Source: the human T2T-CHM13v2.0 reference genome, Homo sapiens. From it: DNA of 64,000 nt. The stretch lies in assembly GCF_009914755.1 (NCBI RefSeq), contig NC_060933.1, one strand, 5' to 3'. The position numbers were made by a program, and so were the translations under genes. Shown in pieces: positions 38,700 to 55,000 of this stretch. Each line of letters starts with the position of its first letter. Within the stretch, counting starts at the first letter, position 1. The notes beneath the pieces were generated by a model. The model saw only the letters and a list, made by a program, of their open reading frames with translations, did not search any database and was not told where the DNA came from.

Positions 38700-41600
38700 G
38701 AATGGAATGGAATCAACGCGAGTGCAGGGGAATGAAATGGAATCGAATGGAATAGAATGGAATGGAATGGAATCAACCCGAGTGCAGGGGAATGTAATGG
38801 AACGGAATGCAATGGAAAGGAATCATCCGGAATGGAATGGAATGGAATGGAATGGAATCAACCCGAGTGCAATGGAATGGAGTGGAATGGAATGGAATGG
38901 AATGGAACAATCCGAATGGAATGGAATGTAATGGAGAGTAAGGGAGTTGAAAAGAATTAATCCGAATGTAATGGAATGGAACGCAATGGAATGGAATGGA
39001 ATGGAATGGAATGGAATGGAATGCAATGGAATGGAATCAACCCGAGTACAATGGAATGGAATGGAATGGAATGGAATGGAATGGAATGGAATGGAATGAT
39101 ACGGAATAGAATGGAATGGAACGAAATGGAATGGAATGGAATGGAATTGAATGGAATGGAATGGAATCGTTCCGAGTGGAATAGGAGGGAATGTATTCGA
39201 GTGGAATGGAAAGGAATGGAATCAACAAGCGTGGAATGGAAGGGAATGGAATGGAATGGAAACTTATAGAATGGATTCAACCCGAGTGGAATGGAATGGA
39301 AAGGACTGGAATAGAATGGAATGGAATGGAATCAATTCGATTGTAATGGAATGGAATGGAATGGAATGGAATGGAATGGAATGGAATCAACCCGAGTGCA
39401 ATGGAATGGAGTGGAATGGAATGGAATGGAATGGAACAACCCGAATGGAATGGAATGGAATGGAGAGTAAGGGAGTTGAATAGAATCAATCCGAATGTAA
39501 TGGAATGGAATGGAACGGAATGGAATTGAATGGAATGGAATGGAATGCAATGGAATGGAATCAACCCGAGTTCAATGGAATGGAGAGGAATGGAATGGAA
39601 TGGAATGGAAACTACCCGAATGGAATGGAATGTAATGGAGTGTAAGGGAATTGAATAGAATCAATCCGAATGTAATGGAATGGAATGGAAAGGAATGGAA
39701 TGGAATGGAATGGAATGGAATGGAATGGAATGGAATGCAATGGAATGGAATCAACCCGAGTGCAATCGAATGGAATCAAATGGAATGGAATGCAATGGAA
39801 TGGATTCAACTTGAATGGAATGGAAAGAATGGAATCAACACGAGTGGAATGGCATGGATTGGAATGGAATGGAATGGAATCAACCCGAGTACAGGGGAAT
39901 GGAATGGAATGGAATGCAATGGAATGGAATCATCCGTAATGGAATGGAAAGGAATAGAATGGAATGGAATGGAATGGAGTGGAATGGAATGAACTCGATT
40001 GCAATCGAATGGATTGGAATGGAATTAACCCGAATAGAATGGAATTGAATGGAATGGAACGGAACGGAATGGAATGGAATGGAATGGAATGGAATGGAAC
40101 GGAAAGGAAGGGAATGGAATGGAATAGAATGGAATGGAATAGAATCAACGCAAGTGCAGGGGAATGGAATGGAATGGAATGCAATGGAATGGAATCTTCC
40201 GGAACGGAACGGAATGGAATGGAATGGAATGGAATGGAATGGAATGGAATGGAATCAACCCGAATGCAATGGAATGGAGTGGAATCGAATGGAATGGAAT
40301 GGAACAACCCGAATGGAATGGAATGCAATGGAGAGTAAGGGAGTTGAATAGAATCAATCCGAATGTAATGGAATGGAATGGAACGGAATGTAATGGAATG
40401 GAATGGAATGGAATCAACCCGAGTGCAGGGGAATGGAATGGAAAGGAATGCATTGGAATGGAATCATCCGGAATGGAATGGAATGGAATGCAATGGAATG
40501 GAATGGAATGGAATCATCCCGAGTGCAAAGGAATGGAGTGAAATGGAATGGAATGGAATGGAAACAGCCAGAATGGATATGAATATAATGGAGTGTAAGG
40601 GAATTGAATAGAATCAACCTGAATGTAATGAAATGGAATGGAACGGAATGGAATGGAATGGAATGGAATGGAATGGAATGGAATGGAATGCAATGGAATG
40701 GAATCAACCCGAGTGCAATCGAATGGAATCGAATGGAATGGAATGCAATGGAATGGATTCAACTTGAATGGAATGGAAAGAATGGAATCAACACAAGTGG
40801 AATGGCATGGATTGGAATGGAATGGAATGGAATCAACCCGAGTACAGGGGAATGGAATGGAATGGAGTGCAATGGAATGGAATCATCCGTAATGGAATGG
40901 AAAGGAATGGAATGGAATGGAATGGAATGGAATGGAATCAACTCGATTGCAATCGAATGGAATGGAATGGAATTAACCCGAATAGAATGGAATGGAATGG
41001 AATGGAACGGAACGGAATGGAACGGAATGGAATGGAATGGAATGGAATGGAACGGAACGGAATGGAATGGAATGGAATGGAATGGAATGGAATGGAATGG
41101 AATCAACGCGAGTGCAGGGGAATGGAATGGAATGGAATGCAATGGAATGGAATCTTCCGGAATGGAATGGAATGGAACGGAATGGAATGAAACGCAATGG
41201 ATTCAACTCGATTGCAATGGAATGGAATAGAATGGAATGGAATGGAATGGAATGGAATGGAATGGAATTAACCCGAATAGAATGGAATGGAATGGAATGG
41301 AACGGAATGGAACGGAATGGAATGGAATGGAATGGAATGGAATGGAATGGAATCAACGCGAGTGCAGGGGAATGGAATGGAACGGAATGCAATGGAATGG
41401 AATCATCCGGAATGGAATGGAATGGAATGCAATAGAATGGAATCAACCCGAGTGCAATGGAATGGAGTGGAATGGAATGGAATGGAATGGGATGGAACAA
41501 CCCGAAAGGAATGGAATGTAATGGAGAGTAAGGGAGTTGAATAGAATCAATCCGAATGTAATGGAATGGAATGCAACGGAATGGAATGGAATGGAATGGA

Positions 41601-44600
41601 ATGGAATGCAATGGAATGGAATCAACCCGAGTACAATGAAATGGAATGGAATGGAATGGAATGGAACGGAATGGAATGGAATGCCTTCAAACCGATTGGA
41701 ATGGAAAGGAATGGAATCAACACGAGTGGAATGGAATGGAATGGAATAGAATGGAATGGAATGGAATCGTTCCGAGTGGAATAGGAGGGAATGTATTCGA
41801 GTGGAATGGAAAGGAATGGAATCAACCAGAGTGGAATGGAAGAGAATGGAATGGATTGGAAACTAATAGAATGGAATCAACCTGAGTGGAATGGAATGGA
41901 AAGGACTGGAATGGAAAGGAATGCAATGGAATGGAATGGAATGGAATGGAATGGAATCAACGCGTGTGCAGGGGAATGGAATGGAATCGAATGGAATAGA
42001 ATGGAATGCAATGGAATCAACCCGAGTGCAGGGGAATGTAATGGAACGGAATGCAATGGAATGGAATCATCCGGAATGGAATGGAATGGAATGGAATGGA
42101 ATCAACCCGAGTGCAATGGAATGGAGTGGAATGGAATGGAATGGAATGGAACAATCCGAATGGAATGGAATGTAATGGAGAGTAAGGGAGTTGAAAAGAA
42201 TCAATCCGAATGTAATGGAATGGAACGGAATGGAATGGAATGGAATGGAATGGAATGGAATGGAATGGAATGCAATGGAATGGAATTAACCCGAGTACAA
42301 TGGAATGGAATGGAATGGAATGGAATGGAATGGAATGGAATGGAATGGAATGATACGGAATAGAATGGAATGGAACGAAATGGAATGGAATGGAATGGAA
42401 TTGAATGGAATGGAATGGAATTGTTCCGAGTGGAATAGGAGGGAATGTATTCGAGTGGAATGGAAAGGAATGGAATCAACAAGCGTGGAATGGAAGGGAA
42501 TGGAATGGAATGGAAACTAATAGAATGGATTCAACCCGAGTGGAATGGAATGGAAAGGACTGGAATAGAATGGAATGGAATGGAATCAATTCGATTGTAA
42601 TGGAATGGAATGGAATGGAATGGAATGGAATGGAATGGAATGGAATGGAATCAACCCGAGTGCAATGGAATGGAGTGGAATGGAATGGAATGGAATGGAA
42701 CAACCCGAATGGAATGGAATGTAATGGAGAGTAAGGGAGTTGAATAGAATCAATCCGAATGTAATGGAATGGAATGGAACGGAATGGAATTGAATGGAAT
42801 GGAATGGAATGCAATGGAATGGAGTCAACCCGAGTGCAATGGAATGGAGAGGAATGGAATGGAATGGAATGGAAACTACCCGAATGGAATGGAATGTAAT
42901 GGAGTGTAAGGGAATTGAATAGAATCAATCCGAATGGAATGGAATGGAATGGAACGGAATGTAATGGAATGGAATGGAATGGAATCAACCCGATTGCAGG
43001 GGAATGGAATGGAAAGGAATGCAATGGAATGGAATCATACGGAATGGAATGGAATGGAATGCAATGGAATGGAATGGAATGGAATCAACCCGAGTGCAAT
43101 GGAATGGAGTGAAATGGAATGGAATGGAATGGAAACAACCAGAATGGATTGGAATATAATGGAGTGTAAGGGAATTGAATAGAATCAATCTGAATGTAAT
43201 GAAATGGAATGGAACGGAATGGAATGGAATGGAATCGAATGGAATGGAATGCAATGGAATGGATTCAACTTGAATGGAATGGAAAGAATGCAATCAACAC
43301 GAGTGGAATGGCATGGATTGGAATGGAATGGAATGGAATGAACCCGAGTACAGGGGAATGGAATGGAATGGAATACAATGGAATGGAATCATCTGTAATG
43401 GAATGGAAAGGAATGGAATGGAATGGAATGGAATGGAATGGAATGGAATGGAATGGAATCAACTCGATTGCAATCGAATGGAATGGAATGGAATTAACCC
43501 GAATAGAATGGAATGGAATGGAATGGAACGGAACGGAATGGAATGGAATGGAATGGAATGGAACGGAACGGAATGGAATGGAATGGAATGGAATGGAATG
43601 GAATGGAATCAACGCGAGTGCAGGGGAATGGAATGGAATGGAATGCAATGGAATGGAATCTTCCGGAATGGAATGGAATGGAATGGAATGGAATGGAATG
43701 AAATGCAATGGATTCAACTCGATTGCAATGGAATGGAATAGAATGGAATGGAATGGAATGGAATGGAATGGAATTAACCCGAATAGAATGGAATGGAATG
43801 GAATGGAATGGAACGGAATGGAACGGAATGGAATGGAATGAAATGGAATGGAATGGTATGGAATGGAATGGAATGGTACGGAATAGAATGGAATGGAACG
43901 AATTGTAATGGAATGGAATTGAATGGAATGGAATGGAATGGAATCAACGCGAGTGCAGGGGAATGTAATGGAACGGAATGCAATGGAATGGAATCATCCG
44001 GAATGGAATGGAATGGAATGGAATGGAATGGAATGGAATCAACCCGAGTGCAATGGAATGGAGTGGAATGGAATGGAATGGAATGGAATGGAACAACCCG
44101 AATGGAATGGAATGAAATGGAGAGTAAGGGAGTTGAATAGAATCAATCTGAATGTAATGGAATGGAATGCAGCGGAATGGAATGGAATGGAATGGAATGG
44201 AATGGAATGGAATGCAATGGAATGGAATCACCCCGAGTACAATGAAATGGAAAGGAATGGAATGGAATGGAATGGAATGGAATGGAATGGAATGGAATAT
44301 AATGGAGAGTAAGGGAGTTGAATAGAATCAATCCGAATGTAATGGAATGGAATGCAACGGAATGGAATGGAATGGAATGGAATGGAATGCAATGGAATGG
44401 AATCACCCCGAGTACAATGAAATGGAAAGGAATGGAATGGAATGGAATGGAATGTAATGGAATGGAATGGAATGGAATGCCTTGAAACCGAATGGAATGG
44501 AAAGGAATGGAATCAACACGAGTGGAATGGAATGGAACGGGATGGAATGGAATGGAATGGAATGGAATCGTCCCGAGTGGAATAGGAGGGAATGTATTCG

Positions 44601-47600
44601 AGTGGAATGGAAAGGAATGGAATCAAGCAGAGTGGAATGGAAGGGAATGGAATGGATTGGAAACTAATAGAATGGAATCAACCTGAGTGGAATGGAATGG
44701 AAAGGACTGGAATGGAAAGGAATGGAATGGAATATAATGGAATGGAATGGAATGGAATGGAATGGAATGGAATGGAATGGAATGGAATCAACGCGAATGC
44801 AGGGGAATGGAATGGTATCGAATGGAATAGAATGGAATGGAATGGAATCAACCCGAGTGCAGGGGAATGTAATGGAACGGAATGCAATGGAATGGAATCA
44901 TCCGGAATGGAATGGAATGGAATGGAATGGAATCAACCCGAGTGCAATGGAATGGAGTGGAATGGAATGGAATGGAATGGAACAATCCGAATGGAATGGA
45001 ATGTAATGGAGAGTAAGGGAGTTGAAAAGAATCAATCAGAATGTAATGGAATGGAACGGAAAGGAATGGAATGGAATGGAATGGAATGGAATGCAATGGA
45101 ATGGAATCAACCCGAGTACAATGGAATGGAATGGAATGGAATGGAATGGAATGGAATGGAAAGGAATGGAATGATACGGAATAGAATGGAATGGAACGAA
45201 ATGGAATGGAATGGAATGGAATGGAATGCAATGGAATGGAATGGAATGGAATGGAATGGAATGGAATGGAATCGTTCCGAGTGGAATAGGAGGGAATGTA
45301 TTCGAGTGGAATGGAAAGGAATGGAATCAACAAGAGTGGAATGGAAGGGAATGGAATGGAATGGAAACTAATAGAATGGAATCAACCCGAGTGGAATGGA
45401 ATGGAAAGGACTGGAATAGAATGGAATGGAATGGAATCAACTCGATTGTAATGGAATGGAATGGAATAGAATGGAATGGAATGGAATGGAATCAACCCGA
45501 GTGCAATGGAATGGAGTGGAATGGAATGGAATGGAATGGAACCACCCGAATGGAATGGAATGTAACGGAGAGTAAGGGAGTTGAATAGAATCAATCCGAA
45601 TGTAATGGAATGGAATGGAACGGAATGGAATTGAATGGAATGGAATGGAATGCAATGGAATGGAATCAACCCGAGTGCAGTGGAATGGAGAGGAATGGAA
45701 TGGAATGGAATGGAAACTACCCGAATGGAATGGAATGTAATGGAGTGTAAGGGAATTGAATAGAATCAATCCGAATGTAATGGAATGGAATGGAATGGAA
45801 TGGAATGAAATGGAATGGAATCAACCCGAGTGCAATCGAATGGAATCGAATGGAATGGAATGCAATGGAATGGATTCAACTTGAATGAAATGGAAAGAAT
45901 GGAATCAACACGAGTGGAATGGCATGGATTGGAATGGAATGGAATGGAATCAACCCGAGTACAGGGGAATGGAATGGAATGGAATGCAATGGAATGGAAT
46001 CATCCGTAATGGAATGGAAAGGAACGGAATGGAATGGAATGGAATGGAATGGAATGGAATGGAATGGAATCAACTCGATTGCAATCGAATGGAATGGAAT
46101 GGAATTAACCCGAATAGAATGGAATGGAATGGAACGGAACGGAATGGAATGGAATGGAATGGCATGGAATGGAATGGAATGGAATCAACCCGACTGCAGG
46201 GGAATGGAATGGAATGGAATGCAATGGAATGGATTCAACTTGAATGGAATGGAAAGAATGGAACCAACACGAGTGGAATGGCATGGATTGGAAAGGAATG
46301 GAATGGAATCAACCCGAGTGCAGGGGAATGTAATGGAACGGAATGCAATGGAATGGAATCATCCGGAATGGAATGGAATGGAATGGAATGGAATGGAATG
46401 GAATGGAATGGAATGGAACGGAAAGGAATGGAATGGAATGGAATGGAATGGAATGGAATGGAATCAACGCGAGTGCAGGGGAATGGAATGGAATGGAATG
46501 CAATGGAATGGAATCTTCCGGAATGGAATGGAATGGAATGGAATGGAATGGAATGGAATGGAATAAACCCGAGTGCAATGGAATGGAGTGGAATGGAATG
46601 GAATGGAATGGAACAACCCGAATTGAATGGAATGTAATGGAGAACAAGGGAGTTGAATAGAATCAATCCGAATGTAATGGAATGGAATGGAACGGAATGG
46701 AATTGAATGGAATGGAATGGAATGGAATCAACCCGAGTGCAATGGAATGGAGAGGAATGGAATGGAATGGAATGGAAACTACCCGAATGGAATGGAATGT
46801 AATGGAGTGTAAGGGAATTGAATAGAATCAATCCGAATGTAATGGAATGGAACGGAACGCAATGGAATGGAATGGAATGGAATGGAATGGAATGGAATGC
46901 AATGTAATGGAATCAACCCGAGTGCAATCGAATGGAATCCAATGGAATGGAATGTAATGAAATGGATTCAACTTGAATGGAATGGAAAGAATGGAATCAA
47001 CACGAGTGGAATGGCATGGATTGGAATGGAATGGAATGGAATCAACCCGAATAGAATGGAATGGAATGGAATGGAACGGAACGGAATGGAATGGAATGGA
47101 ATAGAATGGAATGGAACGGAACGGAACGGAATGGATGGAATGGAATGGAATGGAATGGAATGGAATCAACGCGCGTGCAGGGGAATGGAATGGAATGGAA
47201 TGCAATGGAATGGAATCTTCCGGAATGGAATGGAATGGAATGGAATGGAATGGAATGGAATGAAATGCAATGGATTCAACTCGATTGCAATGGAATGGAA
47301 TAGAATGGAATGGAATGGAATGGAATGGAATGGAATTAACCCGAATAGAATGGAATGGAATGGAATGGAACGGAACGGAACGGAATGGATGGAATGGAAT
47401 GGAATGGAATGGAATGGAATCAACGCGAGTGCAGGGGAATGTAATGGAACGGAATGCAATCGAATGGAATCATCCGGAATGGAATGGAATGGAATGGAAT
47501 GGAATGGAATAAACCCGAGTGCAATGGAATGGAGTGGAATGGAAAGGAATGGAATGGAATGGAACAACCCGAATGGAATGGAATGTAATGGAGAGTAAGG

Positions 47601-50600
47601 GAGTTGAATAGAATCAATCCGAATGTAATGGAATGTAATGCAACGGAATGGAAAGGAATGGAATGGAATGGAATGGAATGCAATGGAATGGAATCAACCC
47701 GAGTACAATGGAATAGAATGGAATGGAATGGAATGGAGTGGAATGGAATGGAATGGAATGGAATGCCTTCAAACCGAATGGAATGGAAAGGAATGGAATC
47801 AACACGAGTGGAATGGAATGGAATGGAATGGAATGGAATGGAATGGAATGATACGGAATAGAATGGAATGCAACGAAATGGAATGGAATGGAATGGAATG
47901 GAATGGAATGGAATGGAATGGAATGGAATCGTTCCGAGTGGAATAGGAGGGAATGTATTCGAGTGGAATGGAAAGGAATGGAATCAACCAGAGTGGAATG
48001 GAAGGGAATGGAATGGAATGGAAACTTATAGAATGGAATCAACCCGAGTGGAATGGAATGGAAAGGACTGGAATGGAAAGGAATGGAATGGAATGGAATG
48101 GAATGGAATGGAATGGAATCAACGCGAGTGCAGGGGAATGGAATGGAATGGAATGGAATGGAATGGAATGGAATCAACCCGAGTGCAGGGGAATGTAATG
48201 GAACGGAATGCAATGGAATGGAATCATCCGGAATGGAATGGAATGGAATGGAATGGAATCAACCCGAGTGCAATGGAATAGAGCGGAATGGAAAGGAATG
48301 GAATGGAACAACCCGAATGGAATGGAATGTAATGGAGAGAAAGGGAGTTGAAAAGAATCAATCCCAATGTAATGGAATGGAATGGAACGGAATGGAATGG
48401 AATGGAATGGAATGGAATGGAATGCAATGGAACGGAATCAACCCGAGTAAAATGGAATGGAATGGAATGGAATGGAATGGAATGGAATGGAATGGAATGG
48501 AATGCAATGGAATGCAATGGAATGGAATCTTCCGGAATGGAATGGAATGGAATGGAATGGAATGGAATGGAATGGAATGCAATGGATTCAACTCCATTGC
48601 AATGGAATGGAATAGAATGGAATGGAATGGAATGGAATTAAACCGAATAGAATGGAATGGAATGGAATGGAACGGAACGGAACGGAACGGAACGGAGCGG
48701 AATGGAATGGAATGGAATTGTATGGAATGGAATGGAATGTTACGGAATAGAATGGAATGGAAAGAATTGGAATGGAATGGAATCGAATGGAATGGAGTGG
48801 AATGGAATGGAATCAACCCGAGTGCAGGGGAATGTAATGGAACGGAATGCAATGGAATGGAATCATCCGGAATGGAATGGAATGGAATGGAATCAACCCG
48901 AGTGCAATGGAATGGAGTGGAATGGAATGGAATGGAATGTAACAACCCGAATGGAATGTAATGTAATGGAGAATTAGGGAGTTGAATAGAATCAATCCGA
49001 ATGTAATGGAATGGAACGGAACGGAATGGAATGGAATGGAATTGAATGGAATGCAATGGAATGGAATCAACCCGAGTACAATGGAACGGAATGGAATGGA
49101 ATGGAATGGAATGGAATGGAATGGAATGGAATGGAATGGAATCAACCCGAGTGCAATGGAATGGAGAGGAATGGAATGGAATGGAATGGAAACTACCCGA
49201 ATGGAATGGAATGTAATGGAGTGTAAGGGAATTGAATAGAATCTATCCGAATGGAATGGAATGGAACGGAATGTAATGGAATGGAATGGAATGGAATCTA
49301 CCCGAGTGCAGGGGAATGGAATGGAAAGGAATGCAATGGAATGGAATCATCCGGAATGGAATGGAATGGAATGCAATGGAATGGAATGGAATGGAATCAA
49401 CCCGAGTGCAATGGAATGGAGTGAAATGGAATGGAATGGAATGGAAACAACCAGAATGGATTGGAATATAATGGAGTGTAAGGGAATTGAATAGAATCAA
49501 TCTGAATGTAATGAAATGGAATGGAACGGAATGGAATGGAATGGAATGGAATGGAATGGAATGGAATGGAATCAACCCGAGTGCAATCGAATAGAATCGA
49601 ATGGAATGGAATGCAATGGAATGGATTCAACTTGAATGGAATGGAAAGAATGGAATCAACACGAGTGGAATGGCATGGATTGGAATGGAATGGAATGGAA
49701 TCAACCCGAGTACAGGGGAATGGAATGGAATGGAATGCAATGGAATGGAATCATCCGTAATGGAATGGAAAGGAATGGAATGGAATGGAATGGAATGGAA
49801 TGGAATGGAATGTAATCAACTCGATTGCAATCGAATGGAATGGAATGGAATTAACCCGAATAGAATGGAATGGAATGGAATGGAACGGAACGGAACGGAA
49901 TGGAATGGAATGGAATGGAATGGAATGGAATGGAACGGAACGGAACGGAATGGAATGGAATGGAATGGAATGGAATGGAATCAACGCGAGTGCAGGGGAA
50001 TGGAATGGAATGGAATGCAATGGAATGGAATCTTCCAGAATGGAATGGAATGGAATGGAATGGAATGAAATGCAATGGATTCAAATCGATTGCAATGGAA
50101 TGGAATAGAATGGAATGGAATGGAATGGAATTAACCCAAATAGAATGGAATGGAATGGAATGGAACGGAATGGAACGGAATGGAATGGAATGGAATGGAA
50201 TGGAATGGTATGGAATGGAATGGAATGGTACGGAATAGAATGGAATGGAACGAATTGTAATGGAATGGAATTGAATGGAATGGAATGGAATGGAATGGAA
50301 TCAACGCGAGTGCAGGGGAATGTAATGGAACGGAATGCAATGGAATGGAATCATCCGGAATGGAATGGAATGGAATGGAATCGAATGGAATCAACCCGAG
50401 TGCAATGGAATGGAGTGAATTGGAATGGAATGGAATGGAATGGAACAACCCGAAAGGAATGGAATGTAATGGAGAGTAAGGGAGTTGAATAGAATCAATC
50501 CGAATGTAATGGAATGGAATGCAACGGAATGGAATGGAATGGAATGGAATGGAATGCAATGGAATGGAATCAACCAGAGTACAATGAAATGGAATGGAAT

Positions 50601-52000
50601 GGAATGGAATGGAATGGAATGGAATGGAATGCCTTCAAACCGAATGGAATGGAAAGGAATGGAATCAACACGAGTGGAATGGAATGGAATGGAATGGAAT
50701 GGAATGGAATGGAATGGAATGGAATGGAATGGAATGATACGGAATAGAATGGAATGGAACGAAATGGAATGGAATGGAAAGGAATGGAATGGAAGGGAAT
50801 GGAATGGAACCATTCAGAGTGGAATAGGAAGGAATGTATTCGAGTGGAATGGAAAGGAATGGAATCAACCAGAGTGGAATGGAAGGGAATGGAATGGATT
50901 GGAAACTAATACAATGGAATCAACCTGAGTGGAATGGAATGGAAAGGACTGGAATGGAAAGGAATGGAATGGAATGGAATGGAATGGAATGGAATGGAAT
51001 GGAATCAACGCGAGTACAGGGGAATGGAATGGAATCGAATGGAATAGAATGGAATGGAATGGAATCAACCCGAGTGCAGGGGAATGTAATGGAACGGAAT
51101 GCAATGGAATGGAATCATCCGGAATGGAATGGAATGGAATGGAATGGAATCAACCCGAGTGCAATGGAATGGAGTGGAATGGAATGGAATGGAATGGAAC
51201 AATCCGAATGGAATGGAATGTAATGGAGAGTAAGGGAGTTGAAAAGAATCAATCCGAATGTAATGGAATGGAACGGAATGGAATGGAATGGAATGGAATG
51301 GAATGGAATGGAATGGAATGGAATGGAATGGAATCAACCCGAGTACAATGGAATGGAATGGAATGGAATGGACTGGAATGGAATGGAATGGAATGGAATG
51401 ATACGGAATAGAATGGAATGGAACGAAATGGAATGGAATGGAATGGAATGGAATGCAATGGAATGGAATGCAATGGAAAGGAATCGTTCCGAGTGGAATA
51501 GGAGGGAATGTATTCGAGTGGAATGGAAAGGAATGGAATCAAAAAGAGTGGAATGGAAGGGAATGGAATGGAATGGAAACTAATAGAATGGAATCAACCC
51601 GAGTGGAATGGAATGGAAAGGACTGGAATAGAATGGAATGGAATGGAATCAACTCGACTGTAATGGAATGGAATGGAATGGAATGGAATGGAATGGAATG
51701 GAATGGAATCAACCCGAGTGCAATGGAATGGAGTGGAATGGAATGGAATGGAATGGAACAACCCGAATGGAATGGAATGTAATGGAGAGTAAGGGAGTTG
51801 AATAGAATCAATCCGAATGTAATGGAATGGAATGGAACGGAATGGAATTGAATGGAATGGAATGGAATGCAATGGAATGGAATCAACCCGAGTGCAATGG
51901 AATGGAGAGGAATGGAATGGAATGGAATGGAAACTACCCGAATGCAATGTAATGTAATGGAGTGTAAGGGAATTGAATAGAATCAATCCGAATGGAATGG
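38700..52000 (+). repeat. Diverged region with irregular ~2.8-3.3-kb periodicity
   Basis: GCCTT(C/G)AAACC is at ~41683, 44479, 47765 and 50631. ACAATCCGAAT is at ~38907, 42151, 44982 and 51199. The GTTCCGAGTGGAATAGGAGGG module recurs. Confidence 0.65.
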
Positions 52001-55000
52001 AATGGAATGGAACGGAACGGAATGGAATGGAATGGAATGGAATGGAATGGAATGGAATGCAATGGAATGGAATCAACCCGAGTGCAATCGAATGGAATCG
52101 AATGGAATGGAATGCAATGGAATGGATTCAACTTGAATGCAATGGAAAGAATGGAATCAACACGAGTGGAATGGCATGGATTGGAATGGAATGGAATGGA
52201 ATTAACCCGAGTACAGGGGAATGGAATGGAATGGAATGCAATGGAATGGAATCATCCGTAATGGAATGGAAAGGAAAGGAATGGAATGGAATGGAATGGA
52301 ATGGAATGGAATGGAATCAACTCGATTGCAATCGAATGGAATGGAATGGAATTAACCCGAATAGAATGGAATGGAATGGAATGGGACGGAACGGAATGGA
52401 ATGGAATGGAAAGGAATGGAATGGAATGGAACGGAACGGAATGGAATGGAATGGAATGGAATGGAATCAATGCGAGTGCAGGGGAATGGAATGGAATGGA
52501 ATGCAATGGAATGGAATCTTCCGGAATGGAATGGAAGGGAATGGAATGGAATGAAATGCAATGGATTCAACTAGATTGCAATGGAATGGAATAGAATGGA
52601 ATGGAATGGAATGGAATGGAATTAATCCGAATAGAATGGAATGGAATGGAATGGAACGGAATGGAACGGAATGGAATGGAATGGAATGGAATGGAACGGT
52701 ATGGAATGGAATGGAATGGTACGGAATAGAATGGAATGGGACGAATTGTAATGGAATGGAATTGAATGGAATGGAATGGAATGGAATGGAATCAACGCGA
52801 GTGCAGGGGAATGTAATGGAACGGAATGCAATGGAATGGAATCATCCGGAATGGAATGGAATGGAATGGAATGGAATGGAAAGGAATCAACCCGAGTGCA
52901 ATGGAAGGGAGTGGAATGGAATGGAATGGAATGGAACAACCCGAATGGAATGGAATGTAATGGAGAGTAAGGGAGTTGAATAGAATCAATCCGAATGTAA
53001 TGGAAAGGAATGCAACGGAATGGAATGGAATGGAATGCAATGGAATTGAATCAACCCGAGTACAATGGAATGGAACGGAATGGAATGGAATGGAATGGAA
53101 TGGAATGGAATGGAATGGAATGATACGGAATAGAATGGAATGGAACGAAATGCAATGGAATGGAATGGAATGGAATGGAATGGAATTAACCCGAATACAA
53201 TGGAATGGAAAGGAATGGAACGGAATGGAGTGGAATGGAATGGAATCAACCCGAGTGCAGGGGAATGGAATGGAATGGAATGGAATCAACCCGAGTGCAA
53301 TGGAATGCAGTGGAATGGAATGGAATGGAATGGAACAACCCGAATGGAATGGAATGTAATGGAGAGTAAGGGAGTTGAATAGAATCAATCCGAATGTAAT
53401 GGAATTGAATGGAACGGAATGGAATTGAATGGAATGGAATGGAATGCAATGGAATGGAATCAACCCGAGTGCAATGGAAAGGAGAGGAATGGAATGGAAT
53501 GGAATGGAACAAACCGAATGGAATGGAATGTAATGGAGAGTAAGGGAGTTGAATAGAATCAATCCGAATGTAATGGAATGGAATGGAACGGAATGGAATT
53601 GAATGGAATGGAATGGAATGCAATGTAATGGAATCAACCCGAGTGCAATGGAAAGGAGAGGAATGGAATGGAATGGAATGGAAACTACCCGAATGGAATG
53701 GAATGTAATGGAGTGTAAGGGAATTGAAAAGATTCAATCCGAATGTAATGGAATGGAATGGAACGGAATGGAATGGAATGGAATGGAATGGAATCAACCC
53801 GAGTGCAATCGAATGAAATCGAATGGAATGGAATGCAATGGAATGGATTCAACTTGAATGGAATGGAAAGAATGGAATCAACACGAGTGGAATGGCATGG
53901 ATTGGAATGGAATGGAATGGAATCAACCCGAGTACAGGAGAATGGAATGGAATGGAATGCAATGGAATGGAATCATCCGTAATGGAATGGAAAGGAATGG
54001 AATGGAATGGAATGGAATGGAATGGAATGGAATGGAATGGAATCAACTCGATTGCAATCGAATGGAATGGAATGGAATTAACCCGAATAGAATGGAATGG
54101 AATGGAATGGAACGGAACGGAATGGAATGGAATGGAATGGAATGGAATGGAACGGAACGGAACGAAATGGAATGGAATGGATTGGAATGGAATGGAATCA
54201 ACGCGAGTGCAGGGGAATGGAATGGAATCGAATGGAATGGAAAGGAATGGAATGGAATCAACCCGAGTGCAGGGGAATGTAATGGAAAGGAATGCAATGG
54301 AAAGGAATCATCCGGAATGGAATGGAATGGAATGGAATGGAATGGAATCAACCCGAGTGCAATGGAATGGAGTGGAATGGATTGGAATGGAATGGAACAA
54401 CCCGAATGGATTGGAATGTAATGGAGAGTAAGGGAGTTGAAAAGAATCAATCCGAATGGAATGGAATGGAATGGAACGGAATGGAATGGAATGGAATGGA
54501 ATGCAATGGAATGGAATCTTCCGGAATGGAATGGAATGGAATGGAACGGAATGGAATGGAATGGAATGGAATTGTTCCGAGTGGAATAGGAGGGAATGTT
54601 TTCGAGTGGAATATAAAGGAATGGAATCAACCAGAGAGGAATGGAAGGGAATGGAATGGAATGGAAACTAATAGAATGGAATCAACCCGAGTGGAATGGA
54701 ATGGAAAGGACTGGAATGGAATGGAATGGAATGGAATCAACTCGATGGTAATGGAATGGAATGGAATGGAATGGAATGGAATGAAATGGAATTAACCCGA
54801 ATAAAATGGAATGGAATGGAATGGAACGGAATGGAGTGGAATGGAATGGAATCAACCCGAGTGCAGGGGAATGGAATGGAATGGAATGCAATGGAATGGA
54901 ATCATCCGGAATGGAATGGAATGGAATGGAATGCAAAGCAATGGAATCAACTCGATTGCAATGGAATGGAATGGAATGGAAAGGAATACATTGGAATCAA

